A DNA stretch of 63,033 nt, the filler included, from Craspedostauros australis (taxonomy: Eukaryota): assembly GCA_030167865.1 (NCBI GenBank). It is 6 parts of 6 records of this genome, joined end to end, with 100 filler letters (N's around TTAATTAATTAA, not from the genome) between each part and the next. Parts side by side here need not be neighbours in the genome. Positions count along the whole stretch, not along the records: positions 1 to 28,115 come from JALAGF010005343.1; 5 more parts are not named here. One strand, given 5' to 3'. The first letter of the stretch is position 1; each line of letters begins with the position of its first letter. Positions 13,105 to 25,352 of this stretch are shown piece by piece. Made by a program: the position numbers and the translations under genes. The notes beneath the pieces are model-generated. The model was not told where the DNA came from. It worked only from the letters and a program-made list of their open reading frames with translations, and ran no database searches.

Positions 13105-13980
13105 ATGACAACAGTAAACGCCACATACGAAAACACCATCGCGACCTTCCAGCCAGTGCTGGACGCCGCCAACAGAGGCGCCGAAGGGTTGGTAATGGGA
13201 CGGCACAGCGACGCAAGCCGATGCCTGTCCTGGGCACTCAGCACCGTGAAGCAGCAGCTGAAGGATGTGCGACAGAAGTCGCACCTGACACAGCTCAACA
13301 AGCAGGCACCTGAATGCGGTGATGCCACGAGCATGGAGACGGAGATGGACACGAGCATGGACGAAGCCACCACCGACGGAGCCATCCACCTATCGTGCAT
13401 CGACATCCCAGTGACCGCACTGCCAGCGCAAGACTACGTCCTGTACAACCAAGCGCTGACAGTCTCGTCCAGCAGCCCCGCCGCTGCCCATCCCCAGGAA
13501 CACCAGATGGAGGAGACTGCCGTCCAGGCCCTCTCTTTCGTGCTGCTTCACAACCTGGCCTTGCTGCACCACTTCCAAGCGCTGCAGACGAGAGAATGCG
13601 AAACCGCCAGACGACAGGCTCTGCTGTCCAGAGCAAAGACCCTGTACGAGAACACTATCCGACTTTGGTCGTCATCGTACATCCAGCCACCGGCACAGGA
13701 CGCCGACAGCAGCCACACTGTCACACAGTACGCAGGCATCTGGAACAACCTCGCTCACGTTTGCCTGCTCCTGGGAGAGCACGAGCTCGCGGATCGGTGC
13801 TGGGAGGAGATCCTCCGAGTTGCCAGAGAGGACAGGAGCCAGTCGCAGCATGCCTCGGCTGGCACTTCCGCAGGAAGCAACGCGAACAGCCAGGGCCTGG
13901 GACATGGTTCATACGGCATCTTCCTGGAGAACATCGTCCACATGATGTGCAAGAGTCATGAGGCAGCTGCCGCAGCGTAG
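13105..13980 (+). CDS. TPR-like helical-repeat protein (family common in diatoms)
   Basis: ATG at 13105 after a CAA-rich leader, inside ORF 12652-13980. Motifs NRGAEGLVMG..A...LSWAL, VLLHNLALLHH, IWNNLAHV and C-terminal AAAAA. Confidence 0.8.
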   Translation: MTTVNATYENTIATFQPVLDAANRGAEGLVMGRHSDASRCLSWALSTVKQQLKDVRQKSHLTQLNKQAPECGDATSMETEMDTSMDEATTDGAIHLSCIDIPVTALPAQDYVLYNQALTVSSSSPAAAHPQEHQMEETAVQALSFVLLHNLALLHHFQALQTRECETARRQALLSRAKTLYENTIRLWSSSYIQPPAQDADSSHTVTQYAGIWNNLAHVCLLLGEHELADRCWEEILRVAREDRSQSQHASAGTSAGSNANSQGLGHGSYGIFLENIVHMMCKSHEAAAAA

Positions 13981-16828
13981 ATCGCGCTGGTACCTGCTCT
14001 CTTCTGCTGCAACCACTAATGATGTATACATACCAATTAGCATACTAGCTTCACTACTCTATCAGTGCCAAACACAACTAGACTACCTGCTGTCCACGCC
14101 ATTTGGTGAAGTGTAGTGCGCTCTGATCCATCTACTCCGTCCTGTTCCGTGTATCAGAAAAGCTCGCGCGGAACGATGTGGCACCCGCTCTTTCTGTCCA
14201 CGAGCACCAGTACGGTACGAGGTAGGAGTCGCATCACCTGGATCTGATTCATCCCAATGTGCCATCCATCTGTATCTGTCTCCTGCGCAAATGGCTGTTT
14301 GAGCTAAGTCTCCTGCCGGCTGCGGCGGCTGTCGCCACTCCATGGACCATACTCTGCACACTTGCACCCATGGCCTGTACTACAACTATAATAGTATGGT
14401 ACTCAGCCTTGCACTGATATTCAGGTCCGCGGCTCATGCCCACGCTCGTGTCATCGACCATCTGCCAATTCACGCATCCACTCGCGCACCCCCGTGCATA
14501 CTCCAGAGGGAGTACAAACTAGGATAGGATGCGAACAAGGATCCTCCTCCCGACCAAGTAGGTACGAAAGGATCGCAAGGTCTTGTCTTCCTCGGTGTCT
14601 GCGAGGTTCCCAGAGCCTTTTCCCGCCTACACTGCCGCTTTCAGCTCCCCGAGGATGACGAACGAGACAATCGAGTGTTCGGATGATGGCGAGGAGCATC
14701 CGCGCTCCGCACAACTTCGGACCCAACCGACGGTACTGGTCTGAGATACGCGTGTGGGTGGCCAACGAGGCAGCCGAACTTGCATGTTCGAATGAGAAGC
14801 ATATGAAAGCTAGATCCTCCTACATACTTGTACGTACCCGTACTTGCACTCGCGCTGCGTGCAACAAGGAAACCTCTCACGCAACGCTTCCAGTTACTCC
14901 TTCTCCTCGACCCGTGGGAATCTCCGACAGGTTCTTCTGAGCCGCCATCGAGCAACTCGCGAGTGTCACGGAGCCGCTTCTTTGTCTTGCTACTCGCCTT
15001 GGCTGAGGGGGATGGGCTGGTCTGCGCGGCCGGGACAGGGTGCTGCTTCCAAAGAGAGAGAGAGAGAGGGCAGACGAGGGCATTGAGTGATGCGTCCAAG
15101 TTTGCGATAGCGTGTTCGTCCTTTGTCAATGCAGTCGTCGATGCAGTCAGTGAAGGTCAACGCGCTTGGCAAAACTTATCACAGTTCGTTATGACAAAAT
15201 CGGCTTCTGTCGCCCGCGTTGATCGCTCTGCACACCCTTCGTTTCTCCTAAAACAGCGACTTAACACAGAAGGCCCCATGCTCGCGACCATCCTTGCACA
15301 TTCACTAGTATTAGTACCAATGGGAAGTCTTTGTGTTGTGGCCGCGAAGGTTGAAACTGCTCCATGTCTGCTGCGGCGAATGGAAGTATCACGCGAGAGG
15401 CCATTTGCTTTGGAAGAAGAGGAGGGGAGCCCAAAGCGCTATGTCCACACCCAAGACACGCATTTCCATCCAATCTGTGCCCGGTTGTTGGTCCCAAGTC
15501 GACTGGCCTCCCCAGACACGACAACTGGTTGCGTCTCTAGAAATGGTTGCAAATGGTGGGTATTAGGTTGCCACACATAATAGTCTTCTGCTCACACGTG
15601 CGCGAACAATTCCATACCAAGCAACACATCCAAGGATCGTAATAGCACAATAACATGACAGAGCGTGGTGACAGAACAGAGCAATCTACTCCGGCCGATC
15701 CCGAACTTCCTTCTCCGCAGCAGAGCCCGATACTTCTGGACTCCCCGCAGAAGCCACGAAGGCGTAAAGAGACAGTTCTACCCGCACATCCACGTTAGTA
15801 GAAGTTGTTTCTTCCTTCCAACCTCAATCATCTCCGACCAAGCGCACCATATATAGATCGTACGAGCAATCAGCACCCACCAACACCACCCAGAGGCGGA
15901 TTGCGCAATAGTAGTACGTTCTATTTTCTGCAGAGCCTGTACTCAGCAATGCTCCAATTGCTCGTGGAATGTGAGCTTACAAGCTTATGGCAGCCCCATG
16001 CAAACTAACTCAAAGAAAGGTCGAATTGCGCTCTTCGCTTGGCTCTCTCGACGTGTGAGTTGTCCTTCGTCGTCCCTTGATCATTCGGCCGGCACCTTGT
16101 GACTGATTCTCCCTGCACAAAAGACCCTTCCGCAAACCAAATTCGCGGAGGCCGGTTGTGCGATCTGCTGGCGTAGCTGTTGTCCTGGTCCTTCTGGTGG
16201 GCAACCGATACAAAGACACATTGTGCATCAAGACGATGCATGTATTGCACGAGCTATGGTACGGAGCGGAGCGGATGACAATTTGGACGCACCGACATAC
16301 CTACTTGTAGTGTGGCCGCGCTTCCAACACGGAGATCAACTTCCACCTCTCCACAAGTATCACAAGATCGTCGTCAACCCTTTCGCGCGCTTGCGAGTAG
16401 ATGGTGGACCGGAGTAATGGAGCTTTTCTGGCATCGTGTGTTCTTCTTCCTTGGTGGATCTCTTCGTTCGTTGGTGCTCGACACACCAGGCGCGGGCCAT
16501 GACGACAACAGAACTGAGAAGAGGACTCTACTCTCAGTCGTACTCTACTTTCAGTCGTACTCTACTATCAGTCGTACTCTGCTCGATCTGACACCATGTC
16601 CCATGACACAGGCGGTCGAGTCGACGAAGTCCCGTGCGCAGCTGATTCTCCACAAGTCGAGGCCGTCCAACTGCCCTCACCACACAAACATGTATCTATT
16701 GTGTAGGTCGTGCTTTACGTAGAAGATGTACCACACATGTACATACACAGCACAGCAACAAAGATGAGGGCGGCAGTATCCACCATCTTCTCGTACATCC
16801 CATCCCATCCCATCCCATCACGAACACA

Positions 16829-16859
<31 letters not shown>

Positions 16860-16990
16860 CAACAACAAAAGTAAAGCCATCAACACTTCTCTCTACTTCA
16901 TGCATGCTGCATAGTGGACGAAGAGCAACACCAGCACCAACACCAACACCAACATCGATAGAAGCAGCAGAAATCAGGCTCAACATCAGC

Positions 16991-17938
16991 ATGATGAACC
17001 CAGCGTCCCTGATCAAGCACATCAACGACGGTGGTCAGCAGCTCAGCGACGGCGATCTCATGGGTGCGCACGCCACGTACCATTCCACGTTGGCAACGAT
17101 CGGAGATCTCCTGGACGAGCTGGCGAACTCACCACAGCGGCGCACCCGCGCTTACAGTCCAACGCCATCGGCCGATCAGAACGCATGCCCCTCCGGTCAG
17201 GACGTGATGGACGCGCTGCATTGCACGTACCTGCCAAACCATGATCTGCGGCCACGACGGCTATGCGTGAACATCTTCACGATTCATCCTTCGTACAGCG
17301 CAAGCCTCACGGCATGGTCGCCGTGGGAAGAGATGGTGTTTCTGAAGACCTTGTTTCAGATCATAATGTTCAACATCGCACTACTGCACCACGTACAAGC
17401 CGCGCAGATACTTCACGATTACGCTGCACAGCAGTGTACATCCAAGCAGACGACGAAAGGGGCGCAAGAGGAGAGCTGGGATGCGCCTGGCACAGATTTG
17501 TACGAGGCCGAACAAGACGTGGACCCCAATCCGGTTTGCATCCAACTGCTGCAACAGTCGATCGATCTGTATCGTGGCGCGTTGGCGCTTTCCGTGGCAA
17601 CACCATCGCGGGGCGACTGCCAGCCAGAATGGCAAACCTTGAGCGGACCTGGTCCATCCCATCCGAACGCAACGCCCCTGATCACATCCTCACTCAACAA
17701 TCTCATGGATATAAATCTAATGCTGGGCCGACGGAACGAGGCACATTGTTGCCTGGAGAAGCTGTTCATCGCGGTCCTTCACTTCGAGAAATTGAACACT
17801 GGTGTGCCATCGGCCTCGTCGTCAATACAAGCTGAGCACGTCGTTTGTGACCGATGCGACAACGTCCATGAACTGTTCTGGTGCAACATCAGCGAACTGC
17901 TTTGGGAGCACAAGCCATGCACGGCTCCTTGCGCGTAG
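16991..17938 (+). CDS. TPR-like helical-repeat protein, distant paralog of 13105-13980
   Basis: Same motif order: INDGGQQL..G, IMFNIALLHH, SLNNLMDINLMLG, F..NI, C-terminal TAPCA. Start could instead be 16904. Confidence 0.78.
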   Translation: MMNPASLIKHINDGGQQLSDGDLMGAHATYHSTLATIGDLLDELANSPQRRTRAYSPTPSADQNACPSGQDVMDALHCTYLPNHDLRPRRLCVNIFTIHPSYSASLTAWSPWEEMVFLKTLFQIIMFNIALLHHVQAAQILHDYAAQQCTSKQTTKGAQEESWDAPGTDLYEAEQDVDPNPVCIQLLQQSIDLYRGALALSVATPSRGDCQPEWQTLSGPGPSHPNATPLITSSLNNLMDINLMLGRRNEAHCCLEKLFIAVLHFEKLNTGVPSASSSIQAEHVVCDRCDNVHELFWCNISELLWEHKPCTAPCA

Positions 17939-19197
17939 CCTTGGGTCCTGTTGGTTTGGACTGAAAGCAACCAGGAGCAGGAGACGACATTGGGAGGGGA
18001 CATTCCAATACTCCAATAGACGCAACCTCATGTATTTACTTAGAAGAATGCAAGACGAGACAGACTCAATCGATTCCGTCCGAGTAAATGAGAGAGCAGA
18101 GAGTAGAAAAGAGTCCTCTATTTGTATTTCCCACAGGTGGTCGTATTTTGTATGTGCTCTCCAGTGGTAGTGGTTTGATGAGGAACGATCTGGGGGGAGA
18201 GTCTGCATTGGTATGTACAATCTATGGTACCCCTACACGTATGTACGCGCATGAACACGCTCCACTTGCGTGGAACAATGCTCCGCGGAGTACGATCGAC
18301 CACCAATGGCACATGTAGCTCGTACGCCAAACTCGCGCATCTGTTCTCTTCTTGATATGATCTATCTTTGATTCGTAGATTGACGTTGATGACGTCACCA
18401 ACGACAACCAGAACCTGATGCAGTTGAATGCGACAAATCATGACGTCATCAAGAACATTCATCCATCCAATGACATCCCTCGTGCTGTACGCTTGTCTGT
18501 GAACTTGGGAGACTGCCGATACGGAACGAAGTTCGGTGGCGTCAAGACGTGTCTGCGGTCGTGTCCGAAACACTCGACAGAGAAACAAACAAGGAAAAAA
18601 CGGTTGGAGATTACACGGGCGAACGAACACACGAGGCAAACCCGAAGTCGCCAGACGCGGGACATCAAGCCAAGGCGGAGGGAAGGAGATAGAGAGGGTC
18701 GCCATCTTGTTGTCTCTGGACGGAGGAGAAACACATCGCACACAACCATCACAACAAAACCACAATCCGCTCAGAACCAAAGTGAAGCGAAGCAACCCAA
18801 AGAAACCAAAGAAAGGGAAGACAAGAGCCAAAGGAAGCAAGGAAGAGGTGAACTATCATCATCATTATCATCAGCAACAACTGCAACAACCGCAACAGTG
18901 CCAACAGAGAGACAGAGAAAGAAAGAAGCATCCGCAATCAATCAAGCAGAAGATCGCCGTCAATCGCTGTGACTCGCACACACACGCACACACAAACAGG
19001 CAAGACCAGAGGATCCCATTTCGCGAAACACAATTCCGAGCACAAAACCCCAAAAAGCACGACACAACCACAGCCGCTCACGACACTTCGCAGAAACCAA
19101 CACAAACGCAAACACGATCGACGGTTGCCAGGCCTGACTCCCTCCAAGCGACAAGCCGCAAACGACAGACACAAACGACAGCAACCACAATAACAAC

Positions 19198-21493
19198 ATG
19201 TCCGGATCCGCTGCAATGGCGTCTGATGACGAAGAAGAGTACGAGTACGAATACTCGGATGACGAAGACAATGACTACGAGTACACAGACGACGATGATG
19301 TCGTCATGGGGAACTCCAGCAACCATCGCTCCAGCAAGGCGGCCAGCTACCTCTCCTCCCCAGACATGGATTGGAGCGCGACGAACAGCGGCGGCAACCC
19401 AAACGCGCCGCCCGTTTCAGGAGGTGCGTATCAATGTATGCTTGTGGAATGCTTGTGGAGGATAGCATGCAGAGCAACTAGAGAAAGCAGAGCTATTCCC
19501 TGCTCTGTGGTCATGGTCGCACTCATTGATCGGCGAAGCTGCGTACGCAGTTCTCCATCTGTCTGCGTTCAATTGAGTTGCTTTGCTTTGTGCGCCAGTG
19601 TTGCAATCCATGTGATCAGCCAACACAAGACCACACGTTGTGCATATACCTTTGTCCATGGTCAAGCATACTTCGTATCACAGCTCGTCGCTCACATTCC
19701 AATTCCGCATCCATTCCTCTTCCATGTTCTCCGTGTTGCGATTACTTCGCCACATTTTTGCATCGTATCTCACATGTGCGACCTGCTCACTCCATCATCA
19801 CTGCATACCCTACATACTGTACGACCATACACACTGATGCACACCGCATTGAAACAATCAACCGATCAACCGATTAAACAACAGCCCAAAAGTCAGGCAT
19901 CCGCATGTTGCCATCGGAGGAGTTGGTGCCAGAGATGCGCCGGCGGTTGAAGGACGTCATGGAGGTTCTGGACATCCCATCAGCCGCGGCCATGGTCCTT
20001 CTGCGGAAACACAAATGGTCCAAGGAGGCGCTGCTGGAAGTCTTCTACTCATCCGACAAACTCCTCAAGGAATGCGGCGTGCACAACCGATGCAGCCCAA
20101 AGCCACAACCCAAACCAGGCAGCTCCCTCGGCTCATGCGGAATCTGCTACGATGACATGACGACCGAATCATCGCTGACCATGCCGTGCGGCCACACATT
20201 CTGTCTCCTGTGCTGGAAGGATTTTTGCGCCAATGCCATCAACGAGGGACCAGCGTGCGTGGAAACCACCACCTGTCCGCAGGCCTCGTGCAACGAGCTG
20301 GTGACGGAGGTCGAGATGGAGGCAAGCCTCAAGTCGGGAGCAACGCCCTCGACGCAAGCCAGGACCGACAAGCTCCTGCAAAAGTACTCCACCTACCAGC
20401 TGCGATCCTTCGTCGAATCCAACAGACTCACCCGGTGGTGCCCTGGAAAGGGATGCGAATTCGTTGCCTGCGCCTCGTCGCAAGCCTGCTTGGAGACCAT
20501 CCAGGATCGGACCACCCAGTGCCACTCCTGCACGACCGCCTTCTGCGTTGTTTGCGGAGAGGAGCCGCACGCACCATGCGCATGCAAGGACGTCACGCGG
20601 TGGAAGGACAAATGCCGCAACGAATCCGAGACCGCCAACTGGATCCTCGCCAATACCAAATCATGCCCCAAGTGCGTTTCCAGAATCGAGAAGAATCAGG
20701 GCTGCAACCACATGACCTGCGGACGCTGCAAGCACGAGTTCTGCTGGATCTGCATGGGCGACTGGAACAACCACGGTGCCAACACCGGCGGCTACTACAA
20801 ATGCAACAAGTTCGATTCCAAGACCGGCGGCGGCGTCGAGGATCAGTCGGAAGCAGCGCGCGCCAAGCGAGAGCTCGATCGGTACCTGCACTACTACAAG
20901 CGCTATCATGCACATGACGAAGCCGAGAAATTTGCGCGCAAGCAGCTCCAGGAGACGGAGGCCAGGATGGTCATCCTCCAGGAATCGTCCAGCAACTCCA
21001 AGTGGGCCGACGTGGAATTCTTGAAAGCGGCCAACGAACAGCTTGTGGAATGCCGCCACGTGCTCAAGTACACGTACGTCTACGCCTACTACTTTGGCGC
21101 ATCGCCCAGCATGCAGAAGGAACGATTCGAATATCACCAGGAAATGTTGGAGCGATTCACGGAAACCCTGTCAGAGCTGTCGGAGAAGCCAGTGGCTGCG
21201 ATGGACCGAACCGAGGTCGTCAACACGGTACGTCGTGGTGGTAGTGTTGATCGTGTTGACCGTGTGTGTGCAGTGTGTGGAGTACGGTATTGGCTACAAG
21301 CTCATTTTCGCAACACATTGCAGAGACTGAGAATCAGATTCTCATCATTCTCACCAATTCGCCCTTCCTCAACTCGGCTCGGCTCTGTTTCACTTCCTTC
21401 TTGACTAAAACAACACACACACAGACACGCGTCGTTGATCGTTTCATGCGCAATATCCTCAAATACGTGGAGGAGGGCATGGAAGAGGCATGA
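19198..21493 (+). CDS. ARI: Ariadne-family RBR E3 ubiquitin ligase, 3 exons (19198-19423, 19885-21227, 21425-21493)
   Basis: Acidic N-terminus, RING1 CGICYDD...CGHTFCLLC, IBR WCPGKGC...CGEEPHAPC, RING2 CPKC...IEKNQGCNHMTC, Ariadne domain RYLHYYKRY. GT-AG introns 19424-19884 and 21228-21424 keep the frame. Confidence 0.95.
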
Positions 21494-21887
21494 GCAGGCA
21501 ACCGCTTGCGCGCTCTGTTATGCCAACAGCAACAACAATAATTCAAACTACATGCGGCACTGCCTTCTGCCAATGAAGAGGTGTGCCTTCATACCTTCAA
21601 TCCGAACAAAAATCGATATAGTATAGAATACCATACCATACCACAGAACCATTTTGGCCTCTGGTGATCGCAACATGTCCATTCGCGTTGAGTATGTATG
21701 GTTCGGTGCTTACTTCGTTTGCGAGCTGCCGAGCAAGTTATCGTCTGGGAAGATAGGTACTGGCGTTTGCGGCGCACTTCTTTCTTTTTCCGAAACAGCA
21801 CCACACAACAACGTGGACGGACAAATCGTGTTTCAAGTAAATAGTGAGTATAAACAATTCGAGTCATGGATACGACAACACGAACTA

Positions 21888-21959
21888 GTCTCCTTGGTCT
21901 AGAGGTATGATTTCTGCTTTGGGTGCAGAAGGTCCCGGGTTCGATTCCCGGAGGGGACC
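21888..21959 (+). tRNA. tRNA-Pro(TGG)
   Basis: Cloverleaf: acceptor GTCTCCT/AGGGGAC, anticodon arm TCTGC-TTTGGGT-GCAGA, T-arm CCGGG-TTCGATT-CCCGG. T4 run downstream. Confidence 0.96.
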
Positions 21960-22737
21960 CCCTTTTGCCAATCTTCACACTTTTACCTACAAGCTCAGCA
22001 AGTCACAAAATGCGTGGTGGCTGCTCGATAGATAGTCCCGCTCACACCTCTTCACCAACGCTCTGCTCACAAAAGCAGACGATCGAGTCGGAAGTACCAG
22101 AGAGACTGGGATCTGGCACGTGGTTTGGGTATCCGTCTCAGGAGCGAAGAATGTGAAAACGCAGCTTTGGAAGAGGAATGGGCGACTCCTTCGGCGACGC
22201 TGCGTGATTTCATTTGGTGAAGGCGCTGTGTCGTGATGGTGGAGATTCCCCGCTGGACCTGGCGACCCCATGGCAACTGGGGTGTGCAGTTGCTGCGAGT
22301 CACTCAGCCGTTCTGTTGGGCGCGTTGGCGCTTGTTCTTGTTGAATTGAAACCCAATCACCCTCTCGGACGATCGTGCTACACTGGACGCACGCCTGGTC
22401 GCAGATCGCGCTGTTCCCATCGAAAGGACACGAAGTCTGCCTTGCGACGCAGTCGCCTCACGAGCTTGGCGATCAACTTCGAGTTCCTGTCATCGTCCTC
22501 ATGGCAATTGGGCAGACCTCGCATACGATTATGAAATGCAGAGATGCGAGATCATCGTACAACTAACCTATTCCATCCGCCACCATTGGCGTTGGTGATA
22601 TCCATGACATCGGATGGCGAGGCGACGCATTTCCTTCCTGACAAACAAGAGATAAGCTGGCATTGATCTCAATTCATACCTTCAACAAACAAAACATATT
22701 ATAAAACACCATTTCTTCCCCACAGAAACAACGGACT

Positions 22738-22809
22738 GTCTCCTTGGTCTAGAGGTATGATTTCTGCTTTGGGTGCAGAAGGTCCCGGGTTCGATTCCCG
22801 GAGGGGACC
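22738..22809 (+). tRNA. tRNA-Pro(TGG), identical second copy
   Basis: 72 nt identical to 21888-21959. TATTTT follows. Confidence 0.96.
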
Positions 22810-23066
22810 CTATTTTACTGGTTTTGCAAATCCCACCGAGGAATGCGTATTCAATGAGAAGAGCAATCTGTTCTGCGATTGCTCTGCGCTTCTTCGAATG
22901 ATTGCAAGCAGCTCCGTGTCGTTCTATACATTATATAATATTATGTATTGCTATATTCTCGCATTGACCATACACAATGCTCTCTCACTCTGTAATTCAA
23001 TTTGATCCCTTTTGACCAAGATAACCCCGACGCAATTCCTCGAAGTCAACGGTTGCCTGGTCGCTC

Positions 23067-25352
23067 TCAAATCTCAAAGTCCTTCAATTTTCTCCCAAAA
23101 GTCTCCATGATGCCCAGATGCTGGCTCAGACCGGAACCGAGGTTGGAATTGCCCGAGGACAGCGAGTCCCCCACCCGAAGCAACGGCGCGCCCCCGATCC
23201 TTCCGTCTGTCGTTGCAGACATTGGAACAACGACGTCGTTGTAGATGTACGGCGTGAATGTGTATAGAGATGACACTGGGTGCGTCATCCCGGAATGGCT
23301 GGCAAAGAACACCACCGTGTAGGCCATGTTGTTCTTCTTGAATGCCTCCTTGGTCACCATGAATGTTAATGGGAGGCCCCGGACGGGTTCGGCCTTGCTG
23401 TTCAGCTCGTGGTAGATGTAGGCCATGAGGTCAAACTGATCGGCAGTCAGCGCGATCATCGCACTCATGGTCGAGACGTATGGCCAGGTGGTCTTTATTG
23501 CCTCGAAAATGTCGGGACGGTACCCGATGGAAGAGTCCCATCCAAAGGCGAGTGCGCAGTAATCATCGCAGAGGAAATCTTCAACGATGCCGCAAACATC
23601 TTCACCACAGAGAGGGTGGTCGGACTGCATGACGTCCCTCATGTGATTCTGCCACCCATCGAACATACCGCGAACGCGTCTCGAATATCTGAAATTGACG
23701 AATTCCATCGTGCGCAGTCGGAAGGAATGGCCTTGCGGGGTGACGGGATACATGATGGTGCCTTGCGCCGTCGTCTGAGTGGCGACCTTCGCCAGGAAGT
23801 TGCGATCTCTGAGGACTGGATAATCTTTCTTCTCCATGAAAAACCACGGGTAACGCTGAGCTTTGTCGACGACGCTCAGGTCCGGTGACCAATCCGACAC
23901 GGTGACCGACTGGCTCTCGCTGCTGAAACTTGGCATGCGATCGAAGAATGAAGAGGTGGACGACGCGGCCGTCTTTCCGGTTCTCTCCATCTTCTCGAGT
24001 CGATGGCCTGACGCATCAAAGACGACGAGGTTGGGGACCTGCCCGAGAAGATGCCGGTGCGTCTTGATGTTCTCGTAGATGAACTTGACACCCAAATTGC
24101 GGTTCGAAATGAGCAACAGCGTCTCAATCATCATGAGCGGGAGGTTCACCTTGCGGCGCGCCGAGTCATGAAAGATGTCGAACTCTTCGTCATAGTTGCG
24201 GACCTTCGTCGCGTTGTTCTTGCGCGGCTTCTCGTCATCTCGAACGATGATCTGATCAAAGAATTCGACAACGCGTGGATCGCCCCTTCGGAATGCATCG
24301 AACGATATGTGCGTGCACCAGTCTCTCGAGTACTCCTTCTTGCGACCCGGGTGATCGACTCGCTTCTCGAACATGAGGATGCGAATGGAATCTCTCGTCT
24401 TGAGATGGTTGAGGATGTTTGCGAGCTGCAATCCGACTGGCCCAGCGCCGATGATGACAATGTTCAATGTGTCATCTGTAAAATGCTGCTGAATCACTTG
24501 TTCCACCGTGTACTGTCGGACCGGCTCTGCCGGAGGCGCCGTTGATTCAGCTTCGTTGGTGCCAACCCAGTCGTCGGCGATATCCAGTGGGATCTTCTCG
24601 GACCGCTTTCCATCCGGCGGACCATTGCAAACGTAACGCGAATCCAGTCGCACCGTGCAACGAGGTCCTTCGATGAGTTCTATGATCGTTCCCCAACATT
24701 GGTGCATGAAATTGGAATCCTTGACTGCATGGATGGATCGTGAGCACCTCTCATTGATGATTTGGAAGTACCTGTTGATGGACTCCTCCTTATCCCATAT
24801 CACCGGCTCCATCGGCAGATCTCTTTTCGTCACGTTCCTCGCCATCATCTCGGCGTAGTCGCTGAGCTGATGCAGGTACGGAAACCGTTCGAACATGCGA
24901 TCGCCCTCCTGCTGCATCGCAACCTCGTCATCGGTTCTCACGTCCATGTCAGTCGCAATGATCCGATTCCACGACTGCGTGTGAATGTGGATCGATGGTG
25001 CTGCGGATTGGCGGTACAGCTTGACGAAATCATCGATGATCTTGGGCCAGTCCTTGCCTGGTGTGTTTCCGAAGATCCTTGGAACATCGGCTGTCTTCGT
25101 TGCATGCTGCTTTGGATCGCGAATGCCGTGTCGTTGTATTCTCGCATCGTCTCTCGTTTGGATCAACTCTGCATCAGCTGTCGCCGAGGACCTCACGGAA
25201 GAGTACTGGGCAAGCTCGGTGGCCTGCTGAGCAGCAGAGTAGGAAGTAATCAGAACGCGCACTGCTCCCATCGCGACCATGAATATCACCCACTTCATCC
25301 ACCAACGTCGCTGCTTCCGTCGGCCAGAGCGCCTCTCGAAAGAAGCCTTCAT
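23067..25352 (-). CDS. Membrane-anchored FAD/NAD(P)-binding oxidoreductase (flavin monooxygenase-like fold)
   Basis: Likely ATG at 25352 (MKASFERR, then a hydrophobic helix) within ORF 23067-25628. Rossmann motif IVIIGAGPVG...LMFEKR, VVFDASG, and GD motif LLRVGDS...LGSGL. Confidence 0.8.
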   Translation of the reverse strand: MKASFERRSGRRKQRRWWMKWVIFMVAMGAVRVLITSYSAAQQATELAQYSSVRSSATADAELIQTRDDARIQRHGIRDPKQHATKTADVPRIFGNTPGKDWPKIIDDFVKLYRQSAAPSIHIHTQSWNRIIATDMDVRTDDEVAMQQEGDRMFERFPYLHQLSDYAEMMARNVTKRDLPMEPVIWDKEESINRYFQIINERCSRSIHAVKDSNFMHQCWGTIIELIEGPRCTVRLDSRYVCNGPPDGKRSEKIPLDIADDWVGTNEAESTAPPAEPVRQYTVEQVIQQHFTDDTLNIVIIGAGPVGLQLANILNHLKTRDSIRILMFEKRVDHPGRKKEYSRDWCTHISFDAFRRGDPRVVEFFDQIIVRDDEKPRKNNATKVRNYDEEFDIFHDSARRKVNLPLMMIETLLLISNRNLGVKFIYENIKTHRHLLGQVPNLVVFDASGHRLEKMERTGKTAASSTSSFFDRMPSFSSESQSVTVSDWSPDLSVVDKAQRYPWFFMEKKDYPVLRDRNFLAKVATQTTAQGTIMYPVTPQGHSFRLRTMEFVNFRYSRRVRGMFDGWQNHMRDVMQSDHPLCGEDVCGIVEDFLCDDYCALAFGWDSSIGYRPDIFEAIKTTWPYVSTMSAMIALTADQFDLMAYIYHELNSKAEPVRGLPLTFMVTKEAFKKNNMAYTVVFFASHSGMTHPVSSLYTFTPYIYNDVVVPMSATTDGRIGGAPLLRVGDSLSSGNSNLGSGLSQHLGIMETFGRKLKDFEI

